This document shows positions 30,702-40,865 of a DNA stretch of 64,000 nt, one piece after another; the first letter of the stretch is position 1, and every line of letters starts with the position of its first letter. The position numbers were made by a program, and so were the translations under genes. The notes under the pieces were generated by a model that saw only the letters and a list, made by a program, of their open reading frames with translations, did no database searches and had not been told where the DNA came from. The stretch is from positions 9,611 through 73,610 of the forward strand of contig CAXFAS010000007.1 in NCBI GenBank assembly GCA_964001175.1, read 5' to 3'. This stretch comes from an uncultured euryarchaeote. Lineage in GTDB: Archaea > Thermoplasmatota > Poseidoniia > Poseidoniales > Poseidoniaceae.

Positions 30702-33700
30702 CTAACCAGTCTGTCTAGAGTCATATCGGAGTGGTGATGAATCGCCTCTAACACCATCTTCCTCGTCATCAAATACTTCAAACCAGTCTACTATCCAATC
30801 GCCATCTGTATCCCAATGCATTGGGTTGGTACCTTCAGCGATATGATCATCGTCTAAATCAAGAGCATACCAACCATATTCATGTTCGCCAACAATTCTG
30901 ACTGGAGCCGTTTGAGGTGAACTGGTGTAGTATATATCCCATTGATCTGTCCAAGCTCCTGAAGTAGTGATTATGTCATCAGCATTATTTAAAATCAGGA
31001 AATCAACATCTTGATCGTCAACAATCAAAACATATCGGAAATCTATTGAGGATTGCTTATCCATCTTTAGATAATTCTGAGTTGCTTCATTACTCGTACC
31101 TAGTCCTAACAGGAATCCTCTGAATTGCCACCACTCTTCTACCGGTTGTCCTTGATAGACCAATGGACTCAAACGAACCGCATTAGGTGAAGTCAAATCA
31201 ATATCGGAAATAGTAAAGAATTCCTGGAAATTAGTATAAGGCGTGTATGAACATCCTGCACCTGAACAATCCCAATTCCCATCCATATCTGGATCTAAGT
31301 TAGCATCTACTGCATTAGCCGGATCTAAAGTGAACCAAGTATATTCTAAATCAGGTCTTGAAAGGACTCCGTTACTAAAAGATAGTGGGAGGCATGAAGT
31401 GGTTGAAGTATCACATTCCGAGCCTGTTTCACCATCTATCCATTGCACTTTTATCTGAAGCCAGGAACTGAAATTATCATTTGATTCATTCCACCCATGA
31501 GCATATTCATACCAATCAGGTAACATGTCACCATCAGTATCATTATCCATTGGATTTATTCCATATTTGAACACTTCACGGCCGTCTGATAGATTGTAAT
31601 CAATTTGATGTGAAATAACTTGATTTCCAGATAATACGGTATTGAATGTTACTGAATCTCCATCGGAATCATTTAGATCTGGACGTGTTTGATTATTCCA
31701 TTCCATTAGATTTGTGAAAGGTAAGTCTCCTGGTCCCTGTGCAATTGAAAAAGAATATGGGGTGAAAACTCTATTATTCCATTCTCCTTGTTGTGCAGGA
31801 ATATCGAAAGGAATTCCAGCATCCGGATTGGTAATACTATTTCTATCATACCAGCCATCATGGTCACCATCGTAAGAGACATCGAATGGATTGAGTGGGT
31901 TTGCTGCCCATCGGTCTTCCGTAGTTATATCGGGCATTCCATAAATTGCATAACAGTATTCCCAACCATCCGGAATTGTATCTCCGTCAGAATCAGTACT
32001 GGTAGGATCTGCAACACCGATCAAAGTTCGGTTGAAGTTATCAGGATCTTGTTCGTTTATTTTCTGCATTCGATTGAAACTTTCTTGGTCTTTTTCAATG
32101 AAGTCTGTATAAACACCATTCTGCGCTTGGAAGTAGTTGTAACCCATCTCTTCCATGTAAGCATCAATAGCATCATCTCCAAAACTGTAGATTCCAACGT
32201 CTTGAGGAACATTAGTTCGTTCAGAATATTTACCCCATGTCCTAGATTCCCATTCTCTTAAGTTAGAGAATCGTTCTTCAGAAGAGATAATTCCATCGCC
32301 GTCACAATCAAAACTGTCCCCATCGGAATCTAGATCAACATCACCATCAATCAATGGATTTATTCCCCACAAATTTTCTTCCAAATTCCATTCAGCAAAC
32401 CAATATTCGAATCCATCGGACATACCATCGCCGTCAGTATCAGGGTTGGTAGGATCAGTTATGCCCATAATAACTGAAATGAATATATTCGCTGGCTCTC
32501 CATTTTGCCAATCATTGAAATCATCTAACAGTCTCTTACCTCTGGTATCTTTTGTTATTAGAATATTGAATATTCTTTGTGTTTTTTCAGTAGGCTGAAG
32601 TAAATCTCCATCTATATGCATCAATGGAGCATCTTCTGGATGATCAATGCCATTATCGGGACTTGAAAATGCCAATGCGAATTCTTGCAAGTCATTAATT
32701 CCATCTTCATCAGAATCGAAATATCCATCATCAGCAACAAGAGGATTTAGAGTCCATTTTTGTGCAGAAATGTTCCACTGGGTAAATAGTAGTTCTAAAC
32801 CATCAATAATTCCATCACCGTCTGTATCAATATTATTTGGGTCAGCTGTTCTTCCCGTCAAATTAATCTGAGTATCATTAATGAATGAGCCAAATGATGT
32901 ATCGGTAAGTACTCCTGCCCATGCTTGGAATGCATAAGCACTACCGATTGTTGTAACAAACCATTTTGGCGAAGTTCTATTTTTATCAGTCTCAGAATAA
33001 TCTGGAGAAATTGAATTATACTCTTCCCAATTAGTCATTCCATCATCATCAGCATCTTCCCAACGATCACTCGGCTGAAGTGGATTCAATGTCCAATCAT
33101 CATCTAGTAAATTCCATCTTGCAAACCAGATTTCCCATCCGTCTGGCATTCCATCATCATCAGTGTCGGTATCCAATGGATCGCAGGAGCCTGAACTAAT
33201 TTTCAACTGAGACGAAAGTATAGATCCTGCGGCTCTATCAGCAAAAGTTGCTTGAGGTACACCAAGGAAACTAATATTTTCAAAAAGGTCAGTAGTGAAT
33301 CCATCTGGTAAACTAACACCATCAAAAGTCTCATTGAAATTAAATAAATCTGTTCTAACATGGAATTCTAGCCAATTAACAAATGCCTCATTCTGTTGAA
33401 TTTCACCATCGTGATTTATATCATAACCATCACCATCTGGATTCTTAAAAGCATCAGAACCATTTAACGGATTAATACCTACTCTAGAAGAGTCCCATGA
33501 ACAAGAATATATTGCTTCCCAGCCATCTGGTAATGAATCACCATCAGAATCAATATTGTTTGGGTCTGCAACAGTCCAGTTCTCAGCATACGATGGGGCT
33601 TCTCCATGTGATTCAAGCAGTAAACCTTCGATGGCTTGTAACCTAACTAATGACCACTTGTACTCACATAAATTGAGCAAGCCATCTTGGTCTGCATCCC

Positions 33701-36476
33701 AATTAGCGTCTTCTGGTCTATTTGGGTCTAAACTCCAGTTATTCCCGCCAGTGAAAGTAGATCCTATCCATCTTCGATTCTCAATCTCCCACCCATCAGG
33801 CATACCATCTCCATCTGAATCATGGTTTGTAGGATCTGTACCTAAATCTACACTTGAGACTGCTAGATAGGTTGCGTTAGCAGACTGACCTGCAGCATCA
33901 TTACAGATGTATTCCATTTGTATGTTATAATGGCACCACAAATTGGAACTTTCATAGAAAAATCCGAAGTATTCTTCTCCATCTCCTAATCCATCTCCAT
34001 CAGTATCTCCCACTTGTGGATTTGTTGAATTATAACCTTCAGGAGTTATTGCTTGATACTGATATTCATCGATATTTGTCCACAATCGTTCCAAAATGCC
34101 ATCACCAGACTGGTCTAAATCTATACCATCTATATCGAAGTCAAGAAGTGAATCCCATGGGTCTGTTGGGTCCATGCCATTACCTAATTCCCAACCATCT
34201 GGAATTCCATCGCCATCCGAATCATTTGATCCAGGATCCATTAATTGAAGGTTAGAATATTGTCCAGGAGTTGAAGAACCAAATATAGTCTTATTTCCAT
34301 TAACATACATTACACCTAATTCAGTAATTTGGCCAGGGATGGATTCATCCTGTAAAATTTGATACACATTTGAATAATCACCGGATAAAGTCCAAGTTCC
34401 ATGAATCGAGCCAACAATTATTTCTTCTCCAGTAGAATATATTGAATGAATATCATTCAATTCACGTGCAGGAACTGTATCTGAGCCTGGGTTTTCTAAC
34501 AATCCGCTGTGAATAATGACATTATCATTTAATCTAAGTTGATGTAATCCAGAAGGTGTGCCAAACCACAATACTTGAGGTGTTGAGGGGGTTGGGCCAT
34601 CCAAAAGAATTTGCCTAATTGCTGCAGGATTTGATGTAGAACCAGCTGGAAGCGACCTAATTTCACTGATAGAATTCTCGATACTGGTATTTTCAATAGA
34701 GAAAAATACTCTCCATTCAGGAGTTGTTACATCTCTAGCAGAGTCCGTTTTAACTATCATTAAACCGACATTTGTACCTACAAATAGTGTCAATTCCCCA
34801 TCCATGAGCCCATGTTCAACGTCAGTAACTGAAGCATTAGCCTGTTGAAGAGAATTAGTTATCGATTCACTAATGGAGTGAGTCACAACTATGCTGCCTG
34901 TATTACTAATTTCGAAAATATGCCCTGAACCATTATCGCCTAAACCTAAAATATGTTCATTAGAACTGGAAATCTGTAATGAAGTAATTGAATGTATTTC
35001 ATCAGAATATGACCAGTCCCAAGTACTCAAAGAATCCGGAAACCCATCAACCTGAATTCTAGCAACTCCTAAACCGATATCTGATGCAAGTGAAATTGCA
35101 TAAAGTTGGTCGCCATCAAAAATTAACTTTGAGTCATGTAATTCTACACCTTGTGGCATCCAAATATCTTCACTAGTCATTGTCTGGAAATCCAAAATTG
35201 TTAGGCCGTATTTTGTTGTCACATATACAATTGATTCTACAACTTCGATACTTCTAACATCATGATGAATAATACTGTAGTCTTCATTTGGGTTGGCGAA
35301 TGTGATAGGATAATGCTCTAGAGATGATTCACTAACAGTTCCGTTAGTAACCGATTTTAGTCCTGCCATAACATTATTTCCATCATCATCATAGATTAGA
35401 TACTCTTGAAGATTGGATAATTGTTCTCCCAATTCCAATGCAGTCGGAGTTCTACTTACATCCGGCGATAAGACTCCGTCTCGATTAGAATCCCAACCAT
35501 CATTATCACCATCGAATAATGCACTACTTCTGTTTAGTGGGTCTAAACCAAAATGAACTTCCCATCCATCCGGTATTCCATCTCCAAATGAAGGATAAGT
35601 ATTTCTTAAAACAAATCCATCCCAATTGTAGCGATCTGAATCTTCTAGTAGTGGGTCTGTACCAAGCCACATATCTTCACCAATCTCACTTGTTGAGTTA
35701 GTAGCGCAGGCTGAAATCAAGTTTTGGAATGTAGCATTAGAACCTGTTGGTATGTATGGCCAATTTGTCAAAATTGAACCATCGGGTGGAGTGCCGATAC
35801 ACCATAAGCCATCTAATTCATTTGTATGATTATGAGGAGCTCCATACAGGTACTCTTCTGACGAGGTATAAAGTTCAGTAGTCGAAAGAATACCATCTCT
35901 ATTAACATCAAATCCGTCATTATCTGGATCTTCATTCAAATCTGTTGCATTTAGTGGATCGAAATCTCTGCATTTAAATTTCTGTGAAGACGAATCGAAA
36001 CCACCTATTCTAAGGCACATGTAAGCCTCGAAACCATCAGGCATTCCATCTCCATCCGTATCAGATTTTCGAGGGTCAAGATAACTTCTCAATCCTTCTC
36101 CATCAACAACTCCTGTTAATCCCCTAAAGAAACCAGGGTCTGTACAACTAGCAGGATAAGGCCAGCAATATTCTTCTGTGGCATTCAATCCATCTTTATC
36201 GTTATCTTCAGTAGCATCTCCTGAGAAATTTTTGTCCATTCCAGGCATCGATACACTTCTTCCATCAACTGCAGTGAAGTTTATGTCTTCCCTAAAGAGG
36301 TCTTCATGTAAATTTGGAATACCATCACCATCGGCATCTGTGAGAGGTGGTTCCTCGAAATTTGTCGTATCTGGGTGGACGTTTGTAACTGGGGAAATAA
36401 CTGGGAATTGTGACATAAATAGTAAACTAACTACTACGGCAACTGTGGTCAACAAGGTTGATTGGCTTCTACGCAT
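30702..36476 (-). CDS. giant secreted protein (~1924 aa) with more than 20 thrombospondin type 3-like Ca-binding repeats and a central ~7-bladed beta-propeller-like region; no TM anchor
   Basis: ATG 36476 gives MRRSQSTLLTTVAVVVSLLFMSQ (the track TTG start at 36494 adds 6 aa). Repeats of the type DSDGDGIPDGWE / DTDGDGMPDGFE / DTDDDGMPDGWE. Propeller-like blades VYVTTKYGLTILD, LFVGTNVGLMIV and VLWFGTPSGLHQL. Confidence 0.85.
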   Translation of the reverse strand: MRRSQSTLLTTVAVVVSLLFMSQFPVISPVTNVHPDTTNFEEPPLTDADGDGIPNLHEDLFREDINFTAVDGRSVSMPGMDKNFSGDATEDNDKDGLNATEEYCWPYPASCTDPGFFRGLTGVVDGEGLRSYLDPRKSDTDGDGMPDGFEAYMCLRIGGFDSSSQKFKCRDFDPLNATDLNEDPDNDGFDVNRDGILSTTELYTSSEEYLYGAPHNHTNELDGLWCIGTPPDGSILTNWPYIPTGSNATFQNLISACATNSTSEIGEDMWLGTDPLLEDSDRYNWDGFVLRNTYPSFGDGIPDGWEVHFGLDPLNRSSALFDGDNDGWDSNRDGVLSPDVSRTPTALELGEQLSNLQEYLIYDDDGNNVMAGLKSVTNGTVSESSLEHYPITFANPNEDYSIIHHDVRSIEVVESIVYVTTKYGLTILDFQTMTSEDIWMPQGVELHDSKLIFDGDQLYAISLASDIGLGVARIQVDGFPDSLSTWDWSYSDEIHSITSLQISSSNEHILGLGDNGSGHIFEISNTGSIVVTHSISESITNSLQQANASVTDVEHGLMDGELTLFVGTNVGLMIVKTDSARDVTTPEWRVFFSIENTSIENSISEIRSLPAGSTSNPAAIRQILLDGPTPSTPQVLWFGTPSGLHQLRLNDNVIIHSGLLENPGSDTVPARELNDIHSIYSTGEEIIVGSIHGTWTLSGDYSNVYQILQDESIPGQITELGVMYVNGNKTIFGSSTPGQYSNLQLMDPGSNDSDGDGIPDGWELGNGMDPTDPWDSLLDFDIDGIDLDQSGDGILERLWTNIDEYQYQAITPEGYNSTNPQVGDTDGDGLGDGEEYFGFFYESSNLWCHYNIQMEYICNDAAGQSANATYLAVSSVDLGTDPTNHDSDGDGMPDGWEIENRRWIGSTFTGGNNWSLDPNRPEDANWDADQDGLLNLCEYKWSLVRLQAIEGLLLESHGEAPSYAENWTVADPNNIDSDGDSLPDGWEAIYSCSWDSSRVGINPLNGSDAFKNPDGDGYDINHDGEIQQNEAFVNWLEFHVRTDLFNFNETFDGVSLPDGFTTDLFENISFLGVPQATFADRAAGSILSSQLKISSGSCDPLDTDTDDDGMPDGWEIWFARWNLLDDDWTLNPLQPSDRWEDADDDGMTNWEEYNSISPDYSETDKNRTSPKWFVTTIGSAYAFQAWAGVLTDTSFGSFINDTQINLTGRTADPNNIDTDGDGIIDGLELLFTQWNISAQKWTLNPLVADDGYFDSDEDGINDLQEFALAFSSPDNGIDHPEDAPLMHIDGDLLQPTEKTQRIFNILITKDTRGKRLLDDFNDWQNGEPANIFISVIMGITDPTNPDTDGDGMSDGFEYWFAEWNLEENLWGINPLIDGDVDLDSDGDSFDCDGDGIISSEERFSNLREWESRTWGKYSERTNVPQDVGIYSFGDDAIDAYMEEMGYNYFQAQNGVYTDFIEKDQESFNRMQKINEQDPDNFNRTLIGVADPTSTDSDGDTIPDGWEYCYAIYGMPDITTEDRWAANPLNPFDVSYDGDHDGWYDRNSITNPDAGIPFDIPAQQGEWNNRVFTPYSFSIAQGPGDLPFTNLMEWNNQTRPDLNDSDGDSVTFNTVLSGNQVISHQIDYNLSDGREVFKYGINPMDNDTDGDMLPDWYEYAHGWNESNDNFSSWLQIKVQWIDGETGSECDTSTTSCLPLSFSNGVLSRPDLEYTWFTLDPANAVDANLDPDMDGNWDCSGAGCSYTPYTNFQEFFTISDIDLTSPNAVRLSPLVYQGQPVEEWWQFRGFLLGLGTSNEATQNYLKMDKQSSIDFRYVLIVDDQDVDFLILNNADDIITTSGAWTDQWDIYYTSSPQTAPVRIVGEHEYGWYALDLDDDHIAEGTNPMHWDTDGDWIVDWFEVFDDEEDGVRGDSSPLRYDSRQTG

Positions 36477-36494
36477 TTTTATTCCACACTGCAA

Positions 36495-36677
36495 AGTATA
36501 GGCTTCGCTATTGCAGTTGTCTTATCCTACACTTATGAGTATGATGGAACGATGTTCCGACAATGCTCGTATTAATTTGATTATATTTGGTGCCGAATAA
36601 AAAATTAAGGTAGCAAAAATATTATTTTTTAAGAAAATATATCGGTTCATTCAAGACCCGTACGCGATGGGAGTAAT
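36495..36677. promoter_or_regulatory. largest intergenic spacer in the window; divergent promoter region (giant TSP3 gene leftward, MBL/pilin-like genes rightward)
   Basis: AT-rich block aaaaaattaaggtagcaaaaatattattttttaagaaaatatatc (~36600-36645), with TATA-like elements ~35-45 nt before the rightward start. No transcript data. Confidence 0.3.
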
Positions 36678-36686
36678 TTGACCGCT

Positions 36687-37493
36687 ATGACGATGCGCAT
36701 CACTCATCTTGGAACTGGAAGTCGCGGTAATTCGACACTTCTAGAAGTTGGCGATGTTAGAGTTCTTTTGGACCAAGGATTCAGTGGCGCTCAATTGGAG
36801 AAAAGACTCAATCGAATGAAACTAAAACCTGAGGATGTTGATTGCATATTAGTTAGTCATCATCACGGAGATCATGGAGGGGGTGTAGCCATTGCTCAGC
36901 GAAAATGGAAAATCCCAGTTTTAGCAAATGAGAGAACAGCGATGGAGCTTAATCTAGACCCTATGTTAACCAACTACTTTGGTTCATTAGACTTGATTCG
37001 AGTGGGAGATGATCTATCAATTTTGACTGTCCCCGTCCCGCATAGCGGTTCGGATAATGTAGCATTTGTCGCAAACTATCGGGGGGAAAGAGCGGCAATA
37101 ATAACCGACTTAGGCTCTTGGACTGATGAGTTGGTAAAGCATGTTCATGGTTGTCAGCATATTTCCATAGAAGCAAATTACGATGATAAATTATTGGACC
37201 AAGGCCCATATCCATTTTCTCTAAAAGAACGAATTAGAGGGCGGGGCGGCCACCTATCGAACAAACAAACAGGGGAATTTTTAGCCGAAGTTTGCACAGA
37301 AAAAACCAGAACAATAGTCTTAACACACCTAAGTGAAAAAAATAATTCACCTCACCTAGCTGAATCTACAATCCTATACCACATCGGGGATTTTTTCACC
37401 GGAGACATTGATATTTCACTTCAAGATGGTCCTGAAAAAACCCATTATCTAAATTCTAGTGAATCATTAAATGAGAAATTGATTAATTTGTAA
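36687..37493 (+). CDS. metallo-beta-lactamase fold hydrolase (YycJ/PhnP-like)
   Basis: MRITHLGTGSRGNSTLL..., HxHxDH motif LVSHHHGDHGGG, downstream PHSGSDN and THLS. The track start is TTG 36678, with ATGs at 36687 and 36693. Confidence 0.8.
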   Translation: MTMRITHLGTGSRGNSTLLEVGDVRVLLDQGFSGAQLEKRLNRMKLKPEDVDCILVSHHHGDHGGGVAIAQRKWKIPVLANERTAMELNLDPMLTNYFGSLDLIRVGDDLSILTVPVPHSGSDNVAFVANYRGERAAIITDLGSWTDELVKHVHGCQHISIEANYDDKLLDQGPYPFSLKERIRGRGGHLSNKQTGEFLAEVCTEKTRTIVLTHLSEKNNSPHLAESTILYHIGDFFTGDIDISLQDGPEKTHYLNSSESLNEKLINL

Positions 37494-37560
37494 ATGATTT
37501 GAATTATTAAGATTAGTCGAATATTACATTGATTTTGCGACTATGAAGGTCAATACCTAA

Positions 37561-38646
37561 ATGATACCGAATCATGAGAGTAGCGTGTCAAGTATTCGCA
37601 GGACTAGAAATCACACTAAGTTCACTACAGATGAACGTGGTGTGAGTGAGGTTTTGGGTGTAATAATGATGCTGGCAATGGTAATTAGTATCATGGGTGG
37701 AGTTTGGGTATTTTTAAATCCGTACATCTCTGATTTTGAAGATAATACTAATTGGAATAATGCAACTGGAATCGCTGATAGATTAGAGGATCGAATAGAT
37801 GTTGTTGGAGATTCACCTAATGGTACTGGAGTAAGGCATAAACTCAGCATGCAAAAATCAATCTTACAACAGGTTTCGAATGCTGAATTCTGGACAATCT
37901 CTGCTGATCTAGTTGCTTATGATGCAATTACGCTTAGAAGTGTTAGCGATTATTCTGTAGGAATTACTTCTATGAATGAAACTGCACGTAAAATTTCTAT
38001 TGAAACAATCTCACAATATTGGGAGTTAACATTCCCAGCCACTGATGGTGAGGTAATTGCTCAACATGATTTAACACTGAATAGTTGGTATATAATTACA
38101 ATTTATGATAGTGAAGATTTGCCGATTCACAGAACTATTTCCTATCCTATTTCGGGCTTGAAGATATTAACGACTATAGCCTCTGGAGAGCATGAAATAA
38201 ACCTAGTCAATAATGCTCGGATAGAACATTTCTACGACTCATCATGGGAAATTAGTGACTATCCAAGTGTGATTTTTGAGAAGTTGGCAACACAAGGATA
38301 CCGATGTTCTATTTTACTAACAAACATCGAGGTCAATGGAAGTCTAGGAGTTTCAAATTCTTATGGCTTGGACATTTTATCATCAGGCACTATAACTCCA
38401 TTTTCTGGTGAGTCATACAATCTTAGATTCTCCATGGAGAGTACCTTGGCAGCTGTAATAACTCCACAATATAACGAACTTTGGTTATCAGAATATTATC
38501 TAAATAGGGCCTCTGGAACATTAGATACTTTTTCGGGACTGGCACCTTATGAGAGGTTGAGTGGCATAGATGGAATCACAGTTGAAACAAATGGAGAACC
38601 TCTATTTTTAGATGTAAGTATTCAACAGGTGGTGATTGAGAGATGA
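37561..38646 (+). CDS. archaeal type IV pilin-like protein (class III signal peptide), 361 aa
   Basis: N-terminus ...TTDERG|VSEVLGVIMMLAMVISIMGGVWVF matches the archaeal pilin N-terminal pattern (charged residue-G, then VSEVxGVxxxxA plus a hydrophobic helix). Confidence 0.75.
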   Translation: MIPNHESSVSSIRRTRNHTKFTTDERGVSEVLGVIMMLAMVISIMGGVWVFLNPYISDFEDNTNWNNATGIADRLEDRIDVVGDSPNGTGVRHKLSMQKSILQQVSNAEFWTISADLVAYDAITLRSVSDYSVGITSMNETARKISIETISQYWELTFPATDGEVIAQHDLTLNSWYIITIYDSEDLPIHRTISYPISGLKILTTIASGEHEINLVNNARIEHFYDSSWEISDYPSVIFEKLATQGYRCSILLTNIEVNGSLGVSNSYGLDILSSGTITPFSGESYNLRFSMESTLAAVITPQYNELWLSEYYLNRASGTLDTFSGLAPYERLSGIDGITVETNGEPLFLDVSIQQVVIER

Positions 38647-40865
38647 GAGTCAACTCAAAACGAAATGAGGAGGCTGTTTCTGCTGCTGTTGCTACTGTGC
38701 TTTTATTCGGTGGTGTTGTTTCAATTATTGGTTTAATGCTAGTCTCCATGGTCCCAATTATCGAAGAATTAGAAGGTTCGATAGAAAGAAGTGATATGTC
38801 CTCGCAAATGATGATTTTGGCTCAGCAGACTGAATCTCTAAGCGAAAGTGGAATGCCAGGAGATTCAACAAGTGTTGAATTGATTCCCATCGATGGAAAT
38901 ATCGATTGGGACTTGACTAGAGGTGGAATGTGGTATTCTTCAACCTGGCAAAACGAATCTTCATTCAGAATGAAAGGTGTCATGGATTTTGACAATAGCA
39001 TAGAGATCAAACACCCTGAAACATTTACAACTGCAGTATGTTTTGATGATTTGCGTCTTGGACCTTCAAGGCCATTTATCTATACCGCACCCACTTGGGC
39101 AGACACTGCACAAATTGCAATCTCTACTGGTTTGGCAATACCCCTTGGACCTGTTGAAGTGAAGGTATACCAACAAGAACAATTATCTGAAACCTTAGAT
39201 CTACAAATATTCGACACAGAAGTTGTCGATTTATCTACTGGTGTTTCTAAATTTGAATCTAGCCATGAATTAGTAATTTTCTATTCAAAGGGAACTGGTG
39301 GAGCGACTCTTGTTTCACCTTCTGATTCCAATCCAAAAGATAATACTGGCAGAAATTGGATAATTCCTATGGATAGTGGAGATAGTAGAATTCACATAAT
39401 GAGCAAGGATTCTAATCAAATCAATATTGAAACTTCTAATGATAACAGTAATTATTTTGCTATTTACCAAGACGAGTTTAGGGCTGGTGTTTCATTTACA
39501 AAAGAAATTACAATTAGTCAACCCGATGTTGTTAGAATCTCAACCAGTTCTGATTCTCATTTGATTTTACAAACTGATTTAGATAATAATAGTGGATCAA
39601 CATCATTATTGAGTTTTGATGGAAACTATCTGGGTAATGAGTTTATCTCGCCTTCCCTAGAAGGAGAAATGCTATTCACTAATCCCGGAGAAAATAGTGT
39701 TACAGTGACGTGGAGAGGAGGTGGTACATCGATACCAGCTGCTGGAAGTACTAGTGTATCTTGGCCTCCAGCTAGTGTTGAAGGAGCACCACTTTTGGAT
39801 GCTGATGGTGATATATTTGTAACTTGGAAAGTGACTAATGAAGTAAGTTCGCCAGGAGGAATTCACTTAATTGCAGCCTCTGATACTGGTGCGTCATCAG
39901 GTAAAATTCACAGATTGTTGATAGACAATGATGGTAATTCAAATTCTATTTCGATTTCAAGGGCGGGTATTTCTAGTACATGGAATATTAGTGGCGACTC
40001 AAATATTGATGGAGAAATTAGTAATCAATTACAAAATCAAATCCAAGTTATCAACTCTGGAAATTATGATTTCAATGTAGTTGAAGGTCACCCTGTTAAA
40101 ATCCACTTAGTCAATGGAAACAATGGATTGGTTGAAGCCAAGCATGATGGAGTTGAGAGGTGTAGTGCTGTAAATATGATGGCTAGTGGTTGGATTTCCG
40201 TAGATTTGCCTTGGTTATCTCTTGCTGGCCAAGAAAATTTAGCGATTAAACAATCATGGAAGAGTGGAGATTTTCCTTCGAGTATGAAGATTACACTGAT
40301 TGGCCATAATGGAGCATCTACACACTCCAATCTCGCAACATCTTGGGTTTTCCATCTTTCACGTCTAACCTACTCTTTTGCCTCTTCAATAACTGGTATG
40401 GAAGTTGCCTATTCTGGTGGTGCAATTGTAACTAATCACCCTGAGTTCACTCCAACAATAATACGGGAGCCTGTAGATCGTGCGGGCCCAGGGCCACGGT
40501 TTGCTGCAACAATTCCTTCAATGCACCCTGCAACCGATGGAATAAGTGGTGGAGGTAGATTAACACTTGATATCGAATTATCTTCTAGACAAACATTAGC
40601 ATCTGAGGTTGCTTATGAAGTAAGGCGAGGCTGGGCCGAACCTTATGGTGTTGCAATCGCAAATGAGGCATCAGATGGATTAGATCTAAGTGAAGATTGG
40701 ACAATTTATCCAGGAAGACTCGATTTATTGAATGACTACGTTGGATGGGTGCCGGATCCTAGTATTGGAACTTCTGAAGCTGTATGGCACACAAACGGTG
40801 AGCCGATTCAATTTTCATTACAACTATCATCATTAGATGTCCTTATGCGGGAGGCGATTGGATGA
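38643..40865 (+). CDS. large pilin-like protein (class III-type N-terminus), 740 aa
   Basis: ATGA overlap with the upstream gene. N-terminus MRVNSKRNEEAVSAAVATVLLFGGVVSIIGLMLV, and the remainder is a Ser/Thr/Asn-rich beta-type ectodomain. Confidence 0.7.
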   Translation: MRVNSKRNEEAVSAAVATVLLFGGVVSIIGLMLVSMVPIIEELEGSIERSDMSSQMMILAQQTESLSESGMPGDSTSVELIPIDGNIDWDLTRGGMWYSSTWQNESSFRMKGVMDFDNSIEIKHPETFTTAVCFDDLRLGPSRPFIYTAPTWADTAQIAISTGLAIPLGPVEVKVYQQEQLSETLDLQIFDTEVVDLSTGVSKFESSHELVIFYSKGTGGATLVSPSDSNPKDNTGRNWIIPMDSGDSRIHIMSKDSNQINIETSNDNSNYFAIYQDEFRAGVSFTKEITISQPDVVRISTSSDSHLILQTDLDNNSGSTSLLSFDGNYLGNEFISPSLEGEMLFTNPGENSVTVTWRGGGTSIPAAGSTSVSWPPASVEGAPLLDADGDIFVTWKVTNEVSSPGGIHLIAASDTGASSGKIHRLLIDNDGNSNSISISRAGISSTWNISGDSNIDGEISNQLQNQIQVINSGNYDFNVVEGHPVKIHLVNGNNGLVEAKHDGVERCSAVNMMASGWISVDLPWLSLAGQENLAIKQSWKSGDFPSSMKITLIGHNGASTHSNLATSWVFHLSRLTYSFASSITGMEVAYSGGAIVTNHPEFTPTIIREPVDRAGPGPRFAATIPSMHPATDGISGGGRLTLDIELSSRQTLASEVAYEVRRGWAEPYGVAIANEASDGLDLSEDWTIYPGRLDLLNDYVGWVPDPSIGTSEAVWHTNGEPIQFSLQLSSLDVLMREAIG

